The notes beneath the pieces were generated by a model. That model had not been told where the DNA came from. It searched no databases and saw only the letters and a program-made list of their open reading frames with translations. From Glaucostegus cemiculus (taxonomy: Eukaryota), in NCBI GenBank assembly GCA_976551045.1, contig CDPCPM010000370.1, positions 496,001-560,000 on the forward strand: a stretch of DNA of 64,000 nt, in the 5' to 3' direction. The position numbers were made by a program, and so were the translations under genes. Positions 52,529-64,000 of this stretch are shown one piece after another (position 1 is the first letter of the stretch; the number at the start of each line of letters is the position of its first letter).

Positions 52529-55500
52529 GGTATTACTAGTGCAGGTATTGCGATGATAAATAAAGCTGAGATGTTAAATTATATGAACTTTCACCTGCAT
52601 TGTCTATCTCTTCCGTTCATTGGGCCGTGTCAGCTGGCCGCACCAGTAATCGAGAAATAAAAAGTGAATTATTTTATGGTATCTGATATTCAAAATTTTC
52701 TGGCAATTTCTCCCATGTATAAGTGAAAGGGTAAGTAAAAGAGCGCTGAAAAAGTCAGAGGAAAGGAATGACATTATGGACATCACAGAAACGTGCCCAG
52801 GTGCATTCTGCATTGCCTATCCATGGACTCCCAGCCACTCGATCTTGCTTCCCATGTTTACAGTGCCTTCATTTCTGTGGTAAAATCAACAACCGCTTTT
52901 GAGGATGATGACAGAATTTGCTTCCACCCTATTTTTCGAGAAATTTGGTAAACTATTCACAGCATAAAAACAAAGCGAAATTCAGCCCTCTGCCTCAATG
53001 CACTTCAATTCGCAGTCATCCGGATAATGACTTGTAGAAGCGATGACTGAGCTCACTATAATTTATCAGTTCAATTTCTCTTTCAGTTTTCGTTTCTGGA
53101 AGAACGATTCCTCACTTACTTGATTTACTTCGTGTAAATGTAGAAAGTCAAGGCTTGGATCCTTCTAGAGAAGTACCATCCTCCACCCTCCAAGGGTTGA
53201 CTTCACACAGGTATCCTTTAGCCTCAATGTGTTCATAGTATTCCAGCCTTCGCCTTACAATCGCGCTGACACACCTGAAGGGAGTAGACATGGTATAATT
53301 TGATTCCAATTCGCTTGCTGAGATTCGTGTTTTAATATATACCTCCACAACTCGGATCCCTTCACCGCTGTAAACAGTTTCCGCTTTATCACAACAGAAC
53401 AAGTAGCTAAGAGTTCGTGGAAAGGTAATTCATAAAGCACCTGAGTACCTTTCCGGGATGTCGAAACAAACATCAAAATTACCCAACAAAAAAGGACCGC
53501 TTCCCTTGTAACATTGTAGTGAGCGGATGCTTGAAAGAATAGGAGCGTGATGAAACCATCGAACTTGCTGTATTCTACATCTATGACTCCGCAGCCCGGT
53601 AAACCATCTGTCGGTGGAAACAATGCAGGTAATACGAGATTTAACACCCCTCGCACAGCCAACCCCAATCATAGGCCCGTGGTCACACTTTTCCCGGTCA
53701 TTGAGTACGTGACCGTCAGGGCAAGATTCGTGACTTAATAGAGGGCATGGGTTTGACAGGTGACACATTAAAATCGCCCCGGTAAATTAATCCAATCCGC
53801 TGCAAATTTCACTGGTATGAAAATAAAGCTTACTTCTGAATGCCTCATTTGTGGAAATGTAAAGTGGCGGTACGGGAGCTGGGTTTCTTCACTGTGTATG
53901 GAGTGTTTGAAACCTGCAGCAAATTTACTGTGAAACTCCCCGGGAGAAAAACTGCTTTCGTCCAACAGAGGGCAACATCCTCTGCAAATTGGAGTCTGGG
54001 TCAGTGTGGAGACGCTGAATTCAATGTAGCAGGGCGAGTGAGCAGCACTGAGGTGTGGTTCCCGATAAAATGATTTCTGAGTTCAACAAATATTTAAGAC
54101 GACCAACAGCTGCAGACGTTGCCAGCAATCTCCGTAACTTATGAACGAAAATATGCCATCAAATCAAAGATTTGCCCTAGATGATCAAATTACCGAGGAG
54201 AATGCCGTGGCGAAAATGGCAAGTATTTATTTTGTCTTTACCTGCAAAAGTCTTGAAGACTTCCAGGTGGAAAATGCTCCTTTTGAGCAAGTGCGAAACA
54301 TCTTCATATTCTCGATGTGGGCACAGTCTTGAAGCATTAAGTACCCCGGGAACTTTTCACTCTTTCTACTGTTACATCGAAGCTTTATTGACTGCGAAAC
54401 TGCACACACGCGCATGCGCACACACTCTCGCATATGTTTAAGAAAGCAAATAGTTTCGTCACATTACAGCTTCACTTTCAATCATATCAGTTTTAAATAT
54501 CCGTGAACTTGTTGCGCATTACAGCCCGGCAGCCGGCAACTGCCAGCCGGCTGTGACCGGAAGGGTTGAAACATTGTCCAGCAAGGCTAAATGCTGCATT
54601 TCCCCATGGAACAACAGAATATTCAAGGCATTTAGGAAGCGTGGACCGTCCATGTCACAGCAAGGTGGCCGACATGAGGTCACAGTGACTGATGAATTGA
54701 TGTCAGCTCCTTGCACTCAAGGAGTAAGGACAACAGCCAGGCTCAAACAGTTGAAAAGACCTAGCTGAAAATCATGGCCAAGCTTACTGACAGTGCTGCT
54801 TCTAACAGCCCTCAAGAAGAATGACAGTGTCAACCCAGAGCGTATCTGTGTTGACTTTCAAATACATCTGTTGGTTCAGTTAATAGCAAGCATGTAAATC
54901 ACACAAAACTAAGGATCTATGCGTGCAGCAGCTGGACAGTGAAACAACAAAAACATTGGTAATACACTGGTAAGGGGGTTTACGCGGACAAGGCGTTCCT
55001 CTATATCTCGACATAACCTCCACGTTATCGCCTGGGGGATACCACAATTTTCACTGCATCTACTCCCCTAACCCTCCACTCTTATCTTCTTTCTTATCAG
55101 ATCGAACTGCTGTGTTTTGATTTTGCAGGCTCGAGCTTATTTGACCAACCTGTGTCCGCTCTCATTGGATTCGGCCCGAGGCGACAAAGCAATATTATTT
55201 TATTGCTCTTCCCCTAGATTTGAGCCTCATATCACTTTGTTTGTTCACCCTGAGACAGACCAGTTCAAAAGAGTTTATATGGTCATCCAAACACTGGACT
55301 TAGGTGAGGTCAGCAGGTCACAGGCCGTTCTTTTCAAAAACCTGCCGTCCCTCCACCACACCAAATAAGCAGCCTGTTATTTGAAAATGATCTCAGGTAT
55401 AGCAGATCTTCAGCAGTGACCTTATTGTGTCCATTATCAATTGCCCGTATAAATCTGATGAGGAGACTCATTATTCCTCTTCTGCACTACGTATTTGTTG

Positions 55501-57929
55501 TAACATATTAATTTCATGTCTCTATGTCTTGTACTCTACTGATGCCGTCCATGCGGGACCTTGTCAACCGTCTCTCAAAGGTCCATTTAAAAACACCCGC
55601 CGTCCAACACTCTTTGATCTTCTTTTTAACCTCCTCATAACACACGAACAAATTTGACAGACGGTATTCATGCAGTTATTGAAGTAGAAATAAACTTTGG
55701 AATAAATTGTTACCCCTGGCCCGGTAATGGTCTTACGCTGGTGTAGTGTAAGCAGAGTGCTGTCTTGTTTTTTTGTTTGATAGAGAAACATCAGATTCTG
55801 CAGATACATTGAGTCTGCGTTGACTCGTCCAGAGTGGTCAAGGCTACAACTGAGTAAAATATTATTGGTACCACTGTAAAATAGTCCAGCAAATTACAAA
55901 CAGAGTCAAGGTTTAAAACATATGACTGAGTGCAATTTAAAAGGAGACTGCGCCTAATATAAGAGGAAAAAGCTTAGTTTGATTCTATGTTTGATATAAT
56001 CAGGAATTAGGAAATGTGAACATTGACTGGTGTTGTTATTTGACGGCCTGTTCATATAAACGGCGGTGTCACTTATTCGATGCACACTGATTTAATCTAC
56101 ATAAGTTTATAAATTGTGTTATAAGGACTGCTGTAGTCCGGAAGTTTGTACTTTTCATCCTGAAAGGAAATGAGACGCGACCTGGTTGAGTCAGAATTGG
56201 TTGAATTTGAACAGAGGCTTCAATTAACATTGAGCAGTGCAATCTGAGCTGACATTGCGCCGAATGTTATCATGGACAAGCGTAATTTGAGACACTATTG
56301 GACACAATTTCATGGTGACTAAGAAGCAATTATGGAAGTCACAGTCCGATTAAAAAACAAGGGGAGACAGCATCTAAACAGTCCTTCGGCTACCAAGTCC
56401 ACGCTGATAATCAAGCCCTCGGCTTCACACTATTCCTGCCCGAAACCATTTAATTCCATCCACCTACTCCCCAGCTGCCAGGAGATTTTTCCATCCACCT
56501 CCACATTGAGGGAATTTTACAGAGGACAAGAAACCAATATGCCCTTCTATGGGTATGTGGGAAAAATCCGTGAACCCGAAGGACAATCATGGGTTTCGAG
56601 AAAGAATGCACAAATTTGGCCTGACCCTATTGTGATCCGGACAGATAATGTCAACCACCATGCCTGTATAACATAGACTTGCATCATATCAACATCTACC
56701 TTTTCCTTTATAACAGAGATTAGTGTGGTGTGGAGTGAACTGGGACAAATGTTGTGATCCAGTAAGCACAACCAGTGACGTCCATTCGTGCAAATGAGCA
56801 ATGTCTAATATGGACAGAGATTGGGCCCTCTATTTGAAAAGGTATGAAGCAGTTTACAGAACGACTTCACTTTCGGTGTTGCACACCATTGTGTAACTCT
56901 GATTGTATCCCGCATTGTGGAGCCAGATCACTTGAACAGGTGGGTGCACTGATGTAATTGGCAGCAGAATAATATAAACAGAGATTGGATAATCACGTAG
57001 ACACTACACTACCCACCTATTTTACGCTTGCATTTGCCTATCTGGAGTTTACATTTGGTTATAATACAGTAGGGCCTGTCCCTCTTCATGTTAAGTTACG
57101 ACGTGCCTCTGTTTATTGGACAATATCTGTTTGCACCGCAATTATCCCTGCAATCCTCAGTAGTCTGTGTTTGGTTTATGTAGCCCAGAAGACCCAGTCC
57201 ATGTTGATATTATACGTGTTTCAAACTGTTTCTACCTTATTGAATCAATTGTCCATTGATATACCTTTTATTCCCTCTGTGGTCAACTGGTACCATTTTC
57301 CTGCCTGTCGTGGATATTACCCCCTGTCATTTCAACATCTACTTGGATGGGCTTCCATTGTCCAAACAGCGGTAATGAGAACGGTTCTGAAAATATGATC
57401 CTTTCTTGATTATTTTTCTTTCCATTTCAAAGGTGGATTTGATGCAGGCACATAATGAAGTAAAGTTAAAGCTCTCAATATACTCTTACCTGTGAAACCG
57501 GCAGAACGGCTGACGCTCCTGGCAATACCCTTCAAACGAAAGCGAAGAAATGGCGAATCAACCTGTGTCCCTTGAAGTCAGCGGACCGCCTCGGATTAAT
57601 ACAAAAGACACAAATTAGATGGGGACACTGGGGAAAGGAGTAGGAGTTGGCCACTCGGCCATTTGCGGCTATTCAGCCATTCAACACAATCATGTCGGGT
57701 ACAGTGTTGTTCTCAAAAGCAGGTTCGAGTATTTATTTTGATTGGACATTTATGTATTCTCTTCATTTGTGCCTGTTGGGAGGGCAGGAGAGCGAAAGCT
57801 CAAGACACATGGCTCTTGAAGATGCATTCAGAGCAGAGAGCAACATTCCAATGGAGAAAAGATGAACACAACATTGTAACATTCATTCGAACACAACTTT
57901 CAAGCCAATCTCCCTTTCCATCATGTCTT

Positions 57930-58516
57930 CAATCGTGGGATTGAATTTAGGAGCCGGAAGGTATTGCTTCCGTTATATAGATCCCTGGTCAGACCCCATT
58001 TGGAGTATTGTGCTCAGTTCTGGTCGCCTCACTACAGGAAAGATTTGGAAGCCATGGAGAGGGTGCAGAGGAGATTTACGTGGATGCTGCCTGGAATGCC
58101 AAGCATGCCTTATGAGAGCAGGTTGCGGGAACTCGGCCTTTTCTCCTTGGAGAGAAGGAAGATGAGGGGAGACTTGATAGAGATATATAAGATGATGAGA
58201 GGTATTGATCGTGTAGATAGTCAGAGGCTTTTCCCCGGGTCTGAAATGCTGGCCACAAGAGGATATAGGTTTAAGGTGCTGGGGAGTAGATATAGAGGAG
58301 ATGTCAGGGGAACGATTTTTACTCAGAGAGTGGCGAGGGCATGTAATGGGCTGCCGGAAGCAGTTGTGGAGGATGATACGATAGGGTCTTTCAAGAGATT
58401 GTTAGATAGGTACATGGAGCTAAGTAAAATGGAGGGCTATGGGAATGCCCAGTAATTTCTAGTGTAGGGACATGTTCGGTACAGCTTTGTGGACCGAAGG
58501 GCCGGAATTGTGAGGT
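57930..58516 (+). mobile_element. Well-preserved CR1-type LINE 3' fragment
   Basis: ORF 57964-58455: LYRSLVRPHLEYCAQFWSPHYRKD..ERVQRRFT..LFSLERRKMRGDLIEIYKMMRGIDRVD. Confidence 0.92.
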
Positions 58517-58767
58517 ATTTTTTTTTTTTTTTTATTTACAACGTGGTAACAGGCCCTTTCTGCCCTCCGAGTCCACGCCGCCCATTTTTAACTCCTAAAT
58601 TAACCTACCCGTACGTCTTTCAGAATGTGGGAGGAAACCGGAGCACCCAGAGGAAACCCACGCAGACACGGGAGAACGTACAAACTCCTTACAGTCAGCG
58701 ACGGGAATCGAACCCCGATCGCTGGCGCTGTAACAGCGTCGCGCTAACCGCTGCGCTATCGTGCCGC
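58517..58767 (-). mobile_element. tRNA-derived SINE inserted into the LINE tail
   Basis: Minus-strand head GCACGATAGCGCAGCGGTTAGCGCG..GGTTCGATTCCC (A and B boxes), core GAATGTGGGAGGAAACCGGAGCACCC, and a poly(A) tail (T run at 58517-58532 on the plus strand). Confidence 0.88.
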
Positions 58768-59610
58768 AGTAGTTTTCTATGTTGTATGTTCTATGTCTTC
58801 CAATTGGACAAACAACTGAAGGTCGATGACGATTTACTTTGGTTTCACTTGTGACTCCATCAAAACAGTGGAACTGCGCTTCCGAGCGGGGACTCTGGGT
58901 ACAGAATCACAATAGCTTTCCAATTTAAGACCATCAATTGCTGTTCATCCCACAAGAAACAAATATCTCTAGCTCTGCAGTGCCATTCCAATTGTGATCA
59001 TTCCAATTGATTTTTAAAGCACAGATGACACTTAACTCAACTTCCTTGCTCTGACTTGTTTTGGAGCCTTGCCTCAGTTTGCCGTGCACTGTATTTCCAA
59101 CCCCAGCTCCGAAGCCGCGTAAGAGCAGCAGCGTCAGAGGCGTTGTTCATCAATTTACACCAACAAATATGTTTACCAGATCAAATCATGGGGATGTTAA
59201 GTGATCGGCAGTACTAATGATTAACTCGGCCGTTTACTCCGAGCCAACTGGTACGGCACCCTGTCCCCAACAAATAAACATCGACCAATGAAACGTATTT
59301 GGATCAAGGTCCCGCCTCCTTGCTGCAGAGAAACGAGGAGCGGCAGCTTCGGTTGAGCGAACAATTACCACACACACTGAAGGTCAGAGGAATGTGGGAG
59401 GAGCTTCCAAATAAGTCGCGGGTATCCAAATTAGGACCAGAATCATCGGCCGTCATATGTTGGACCAGGCGCTTCCACAGACAACGCACGGCGAGTGATT
59501 CGGGAACCTGAGGCTCTTCAGTAATCTCCGAGACACCACACTATACACACCAACCCGCCTCACTGAGGTCTTCCAGCCCAGTTCTGAGGGAACCCGTGCC
59601 GGAGCAGTTC

Positions 59611-60153
59611 ATGGCTGAGGGGTCCAGTTTCTCGTCACGTAAACGGTCTGTTCTCGGGGACAGAACGATTGTAATCCTCTTTGTGTTCACCCTGTGCCTC
59701 TGCTTACGTCGTGAGTACCGTTCACCTACTTCCACAATGTTCATAGTTAATAAAAAACGGGCCGAGTTTCTTCCGACTTTCACAACTGTCCTTACTTTTG
59801 ACGCCGTTGCGTGGTTCGCAACTGATTCCAATTCACCTCTTGCTGTCTATCATTTTCAGGATCCTTCGGCCAGTGGGTATCCCAGAGCCCGACAGAGGTG
59901 ATAAAGAAAGAGTGTGAGTCTCTCACCATCTTCTGCAGTTTCCAGACTGGCTCTGCTGGTAACTATGACTTTAAAACTGGGCAATTCTTCAAACAAGCCC
60001 AATCCGGAGCAAAGCGGCAGCAGATCTCCAGAGGCGGAAGATTTGTTGTGGCGGTCAATAAAGCAAAAATGACCTTCACGTTGGAAATTCGGGACCTGAA
60101 AGTTGAAGACAGCGCCACCTATTACTGTAAAGCCGAGTACAGGTGGCGTGAAG
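59611..60153 (+). CDS. NAR-TCR V (IgNAR-like V), cassette 2
   Basis: Leader 59611-59710. V exon 59860-60153 reads QWVSQSPTEVIKKECESLTIFC..ISRGGRFVVAVNKAKMTFTLEIRDLKVEDSATYYCKA. RSS: CACAGTG 60154-60160, 22-bp spacer, AAAAAAACC. Confidence 0.9.
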
Positions 60154-60544
60154 CACAGTGATGGGTCTGGGCTTCCAGCGGCAAAAAAACCCTCACTGCA
60201 GATTGTTCCAGAAACTGATGAAGTGGCGGACTGAAGCTCCCGCTCAAGCCCATGGTCCCGCCTCACCCCGCCTTCCACAGACTTTGGGTTAAAACCGGAT
60301 TGGACTGTTACAGTTCACACACAGGGTTTTCTCACTGCCGACTGTGCTCAGCTAATGCTGCCTTTCTCGAGACTGGTGTCAATGAACGGAACTGGGAATG
60401 AAATACCTCACTTCCCAGTGCCCAACTGCAAATGCAAATTTGTTACAGCAGCTGAGAACGGGACCCGCAGTCTCAGAGAGTTTAACTCATGCCACCCCGT
60501 CTCGCCGAAATCCGTGGGATTTGAAACTGAGATGATGCATAGTG

Positions 60545-60560
60545 TAAACTTGGGATAACT
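60545..60560 (+). other. NAR-TCR D segment (12/12 RSS), cassette 2
   Basis: GGATTTGAA-12-CATAGTG (60517-60544), D TAAACTTGGGATAACT, then CACAGTG-12-GCAAAAATA (60561-60588). Confidence 0.87.
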
Positions 60561-60950
60561 CACAGTGAAAGAGAGCCGAGCAAAAATATTAAACCTGCAG
60601 ACTTATCGTGTATATATTTATTCCCTTACTCCTGAACCAGAACGAGATGATTGTTGTTATTCACTCTATAACTTGGCTGTGTGCCTTCGTAATTTCCAAC
60701 TTTCAGAGATTTTTCTCGGAATGATCTTCATTGATTTTGTCATTAGACATTCAGTCCGTGTCCTTGAGCCATTTTGATGAGAAATCTGTTTTCGTCACGG
60801 AACAGGCCGAAGCACCAACGGTTGTGGGACACTGAGTATTATCTGTTGTTTTCAAACCACTGGAGTTATTGAGCAACGTCTTGTGTTTGCCGGGGAGACT
60901 GAGTTGACAGCGGTACTTGAACTGGCCAGAGTGAGAGCAGAACAGCTGTG

Positions 60951-61008
60951 GGTACGTGGGACACTTACTATGAGGATGGAGGGGGGACGACGGTAACTGT
61001 GGAAGCCG
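60951..61008 (+). CDS. NAR-TCR J segment, cassette 2
   Basis: GGTACTTGA-23-AGCTGTG (60912-60950). Encodes GTWDTYYEDGGGTTVTVEA with donor G|GTAAGT. Confidence 0.9.
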
Positions 61009-62248
61009 GTAAGTATCGGAAATCCTCGCCTACTGTACGGCTGTTAGCATTTATTAATATTCGACTCAGTGTGGCATCGATTTAACTCAAAGGGAAAGAG
61101 GGACCGATGCAGAGCGTTTTTTATAAAGCGATCTCGGCTGATGTGGAACCATCGGGGAGTATTTCGGAGAGATATATTCTACCCCCATGGTAGGCTGATT
61201 TGCAATCGTGAGGGTGTGGGATGGACAGGAAACATGGGCAAATAAATCAGAAGGAGACATTCTCTGAAATAGAGGATTTGGGAGAAAGTGTGCAGTCTGA
61301 CACGTGTCAGAACGGTCATTTAATTCTTAGTAAATGAGGTAATGATCGAACATTCTCGCAGTGACTTTCGGGAATTGAGACAGTGGCAGGGAAGTCAGCG
61401 TTGTGCAAGCGCAATCAGATTGATTACAGGTTGAGGGAATGTCCTATGAAGAGTGATTGTAGAGCATGGGGCCACGAACACTGGATGTTGGAAAATTGAG
61501 AGGTAATCTCTTCCATATTTACAATCTGCAGAGGGAGATTGTAGAGAAGATGCAGAATCTCAGTGGGTCTGCAACCGCTGTGAAAACTGTACAGACAAAC
61601 CCCAACCGACAACTGACAGACGGCGGGAAAAAGTTATCAGTAGAGCAAATTATACACCGCTGGCAGCAAAAATCAATCGACCAAGATCTGCAAATAAAAT
61701 GAAACCAACTGGAACTCATGGAGTTGAAAATAATATTCTGAAAAAAAGACGTTCCATTGAAATTAAAATTTCACTAGAATGGGGAGAGAAGCTGTTTTAC
61801 CACGGGTTGCGTTAAACTGTATTTAACATCGGCCCACAATTTTCAAGTGCCCGTTGGTCTCTGTTGTTGTTCAGTCTTATCCTTGGGTTGTTGATCTTGC
61901 TCTGCACTGCACCGTAACAGCAAAGACATAATTTTATAGAGAGTGAAACCCTCATTGAAAAATAAATCTGAACATGTTGTTAGTAACGTATTTGCCTTTC
62001 ACCAACAAGTCATGGAAACAAACATTCAAAATAGAACGTCACAGAACAGATTCAAGCAATTCGAGACATTTTCGAGGAACCAGTTCTCTGAAGAAAGTCA
62101 CTAGATTCATTTCCCAGGGAAATTAAAGATGTTTGCACACATTTTGAATGTCGCAAACTATGGGAACCCGGAATCTCATCCTCTGTGTCACCCACTCTCC
62201 ACCCACTACCAGGAAGTTAATAATAATCTCTTATTTTATTTCCTGCAG

Positions 62249-62551
62249 ATTCCACGAACAAGCTGTCCCAGAGTCCACAGGTGCATTCTTCTGCTGGTGC
62301 CTCTGTTACTTTAAGATGCGAAAATATTGGTTTCTGTCCGTACACAGTCCACTGGTATCGGCAGTTCGCAGGACAGGCGCCCGAATTCCTGCTCCAGAGG
62401 CACAGCTCGGGAGAGCAGGATAAGGAAAACGCTGCGGGAGGACGAATTTCTGGTGATTTTGATGTTGGCACGAAAGTCAGCGAGTTAGAGATTTCAAGAC
62501 TACAGCTGAGCGACATGGCTGTGTATTACTGTGCAAAGAGCCCTCTCGCAG
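62249..62551 (+). CDS. Leaderless supporting TCR V-delta (STCRdV), cassette 2
   Basis: Acceptor CTGCAG. Reads SVTLRCENIGFCPYTVHWYRQ..DMAVYYCAK. RSS: CACAGCG 62552-62558, 23-bp spacer, ACAAAAACC 62582-62590. Confidence 0.9.
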
Positions 62552-64000
62552 CACAGCGATGCAGAGTGGTGAGAAAGCCATACAAAAACCTCAGTGTGGT
62601 GGATTACAGACACACAGCGCTGTAGAGCACGGAGACAGCTGCAGCCAAACCTCAGTGTGGTGCGGATTACTGAATAATGTGCACAGAGAGAAAGAGGAAC
62701 GTTAAATCATTTTTGCACTTACAGTCATAGGGAAGGGAGGGAGCCGACCTATTCAACAGCAATGCATTCCCAGAGCAGAATTCAAACATTGCCTTTTGAA
62801 TAACTTGCTGCAAGCTGTCACCAAGCTTGTTACAGACAATAAAGTTTCTAACGTGGGAATGCAAACATGAAATTTTTGAAGAGCAGACTCTCATAGTTAG
62901 TTATGTTACACTGTATCAATGCAGCTAACTCGCAGTTTATGTTTGCCGACACGATACAGATAACTTACCTACTCTCTGTCGTATCCATGCCATTCTCTTT
63001 TACCTCGAGAGTGCAGAGGTGGCCTCATGTGACGGCATGAACTTATTCAGACCACGAATCATGTACATCCCCTTTTCTACCCCAAAATATCAATCTTCGT
63101 ACCGTATACGACTGCTCATTGTTGAAATAATTCCAACTTTCTCACAGTCATGTTTACCTCGGGATGACAACAGTATGGAGTTAACTGGGACAGCTATGAA
63201 GGAAACAGTCGGACTTCAGCTTTTAGCAGGACCTGAGCGAACTCAGAAAACAGCTGAATTCAGTACGCCAGCGCTCCCTGGCTGGACTACAGCGGTGACT
63301 GCGGATTTATTCCTTACAAATGGTGTCGCAGATTAATGACACTTGGTTGTGTTACGAAGTAGCTTACTATAGGCAAATATCCCTTTAAGATGGGACATTG
63401 TGTGTGTGTGCAACGTATTACGTCAACAGAAGATAAGACTAACGTGAAGAGGTCATTACAAGAAAGAAAAAGAGAGGAGAGAGAGAGAGAGACAAACAGA
63501 CAAAGAGAGAGAGGAAGGAGAGACGGCAGCCTGTTTTGTTTCTGTCGATGGATGAAGGACAGTAACTGTGTTTGTCACTAAAATCCGTGGATGGATTTCT
63601 GGAGTAGTCCAGTGGAGTTCACTTTGTCGGTAACCTGTAGAAGGACACAGGTGTTTGCGTGGACAACCACATTTTGGATGCTCTTCAGAGTGGCAGAGAC
63701 TGTGGAACAAGGTGATGGAATTCACCTTGCTGCTAACCTGTAGAAGAACACAGGTATTTGCATGGACAGTCACAGTCCAGGAGTTTTCGGGGTGAGAAAG
63801 TCACTACCGAGTTTGCCCTGAAGTGTCGTCTGAGTTTTGAGTGGAACATTCGGATTTCGTGATTCCTCTCTAAGTTCTCTCTATATCTATGTTTTGTCTT
63901 CGGTGGACAGTGCTTATGAAGAAGCCTTTATTCGTGTTTCATCTTACGGCTTATTGAACTGAACTTTAAGAACTAATTCCTGGACTTGGAGTTTAGGAAT

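Larger units (their letters stand above)
49140..63340 (+). repeat. Segmental duplication unit 2 (GPCR + NAR-TCR cassette + supporting V-delta)
   Basis: Collinear with unit 1. Lacks the inverted V and the tRNA-Thr region, and has its own LINE/SINE-containing insert at about 56.25-58.83 kb. Confidence 0.85.

Noticed and set aside
58690-58767. tRNA-like sequence with A and B boxes
   Set aside because: It is the head of the SINE and has no complete cloverleaf.
60432-60439. Ig octamer ATGCAAAT within cassette 2
   Set aside because: It lies between V and D rather than in a promoter and is not conserved in cassette 1.

Overview
Eukaryotic (vertebrate) genomic DNA with three N-gaps, very likely from a cartilaginous fish (shark or ray): part of a T-cell receptor alpha/delta V-gene region. 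It holds six apparently intact conventional TCR alpha/delta-type V genes in both orientations (leader exon, intron, V exon, 23-RSS) and at least two V pseudogenes. It also holds two complete germline NAR-TCR cassettes: leader, IgNAR-like V with 22-RSS, a single 12/12 D, a 23-RSS J with an (E/D)GGGT motif, then a leaderless supporting V-delta with a CDR1 cysteine. Each cassette sits in a diverged tandem segmental duplication (about 30.6-48.2 kb versus 49.1-63.3 kb), and each unit also carries an intact two-exon class-A GPCR (GPR139/142-like). Also present: tRNA-Glu(TTC), tRNA-Thr(CGT), a tRNA-Glu pseudogene, CR1-type LINE fragments, a tRNA-derived SINE, a palindromic element, a degenerate minisatellite and microsatellites. 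The most notable observations are the GPCR plus NAR-TCR co-duplicated unit, a conserved second in-frame RSS behind each supporting V-delta, and the 12/23-legal possibility of cross-cassette three-V-domain rearrangements. All alignments were done by eye; repeat and duplication boundaries are approximate.
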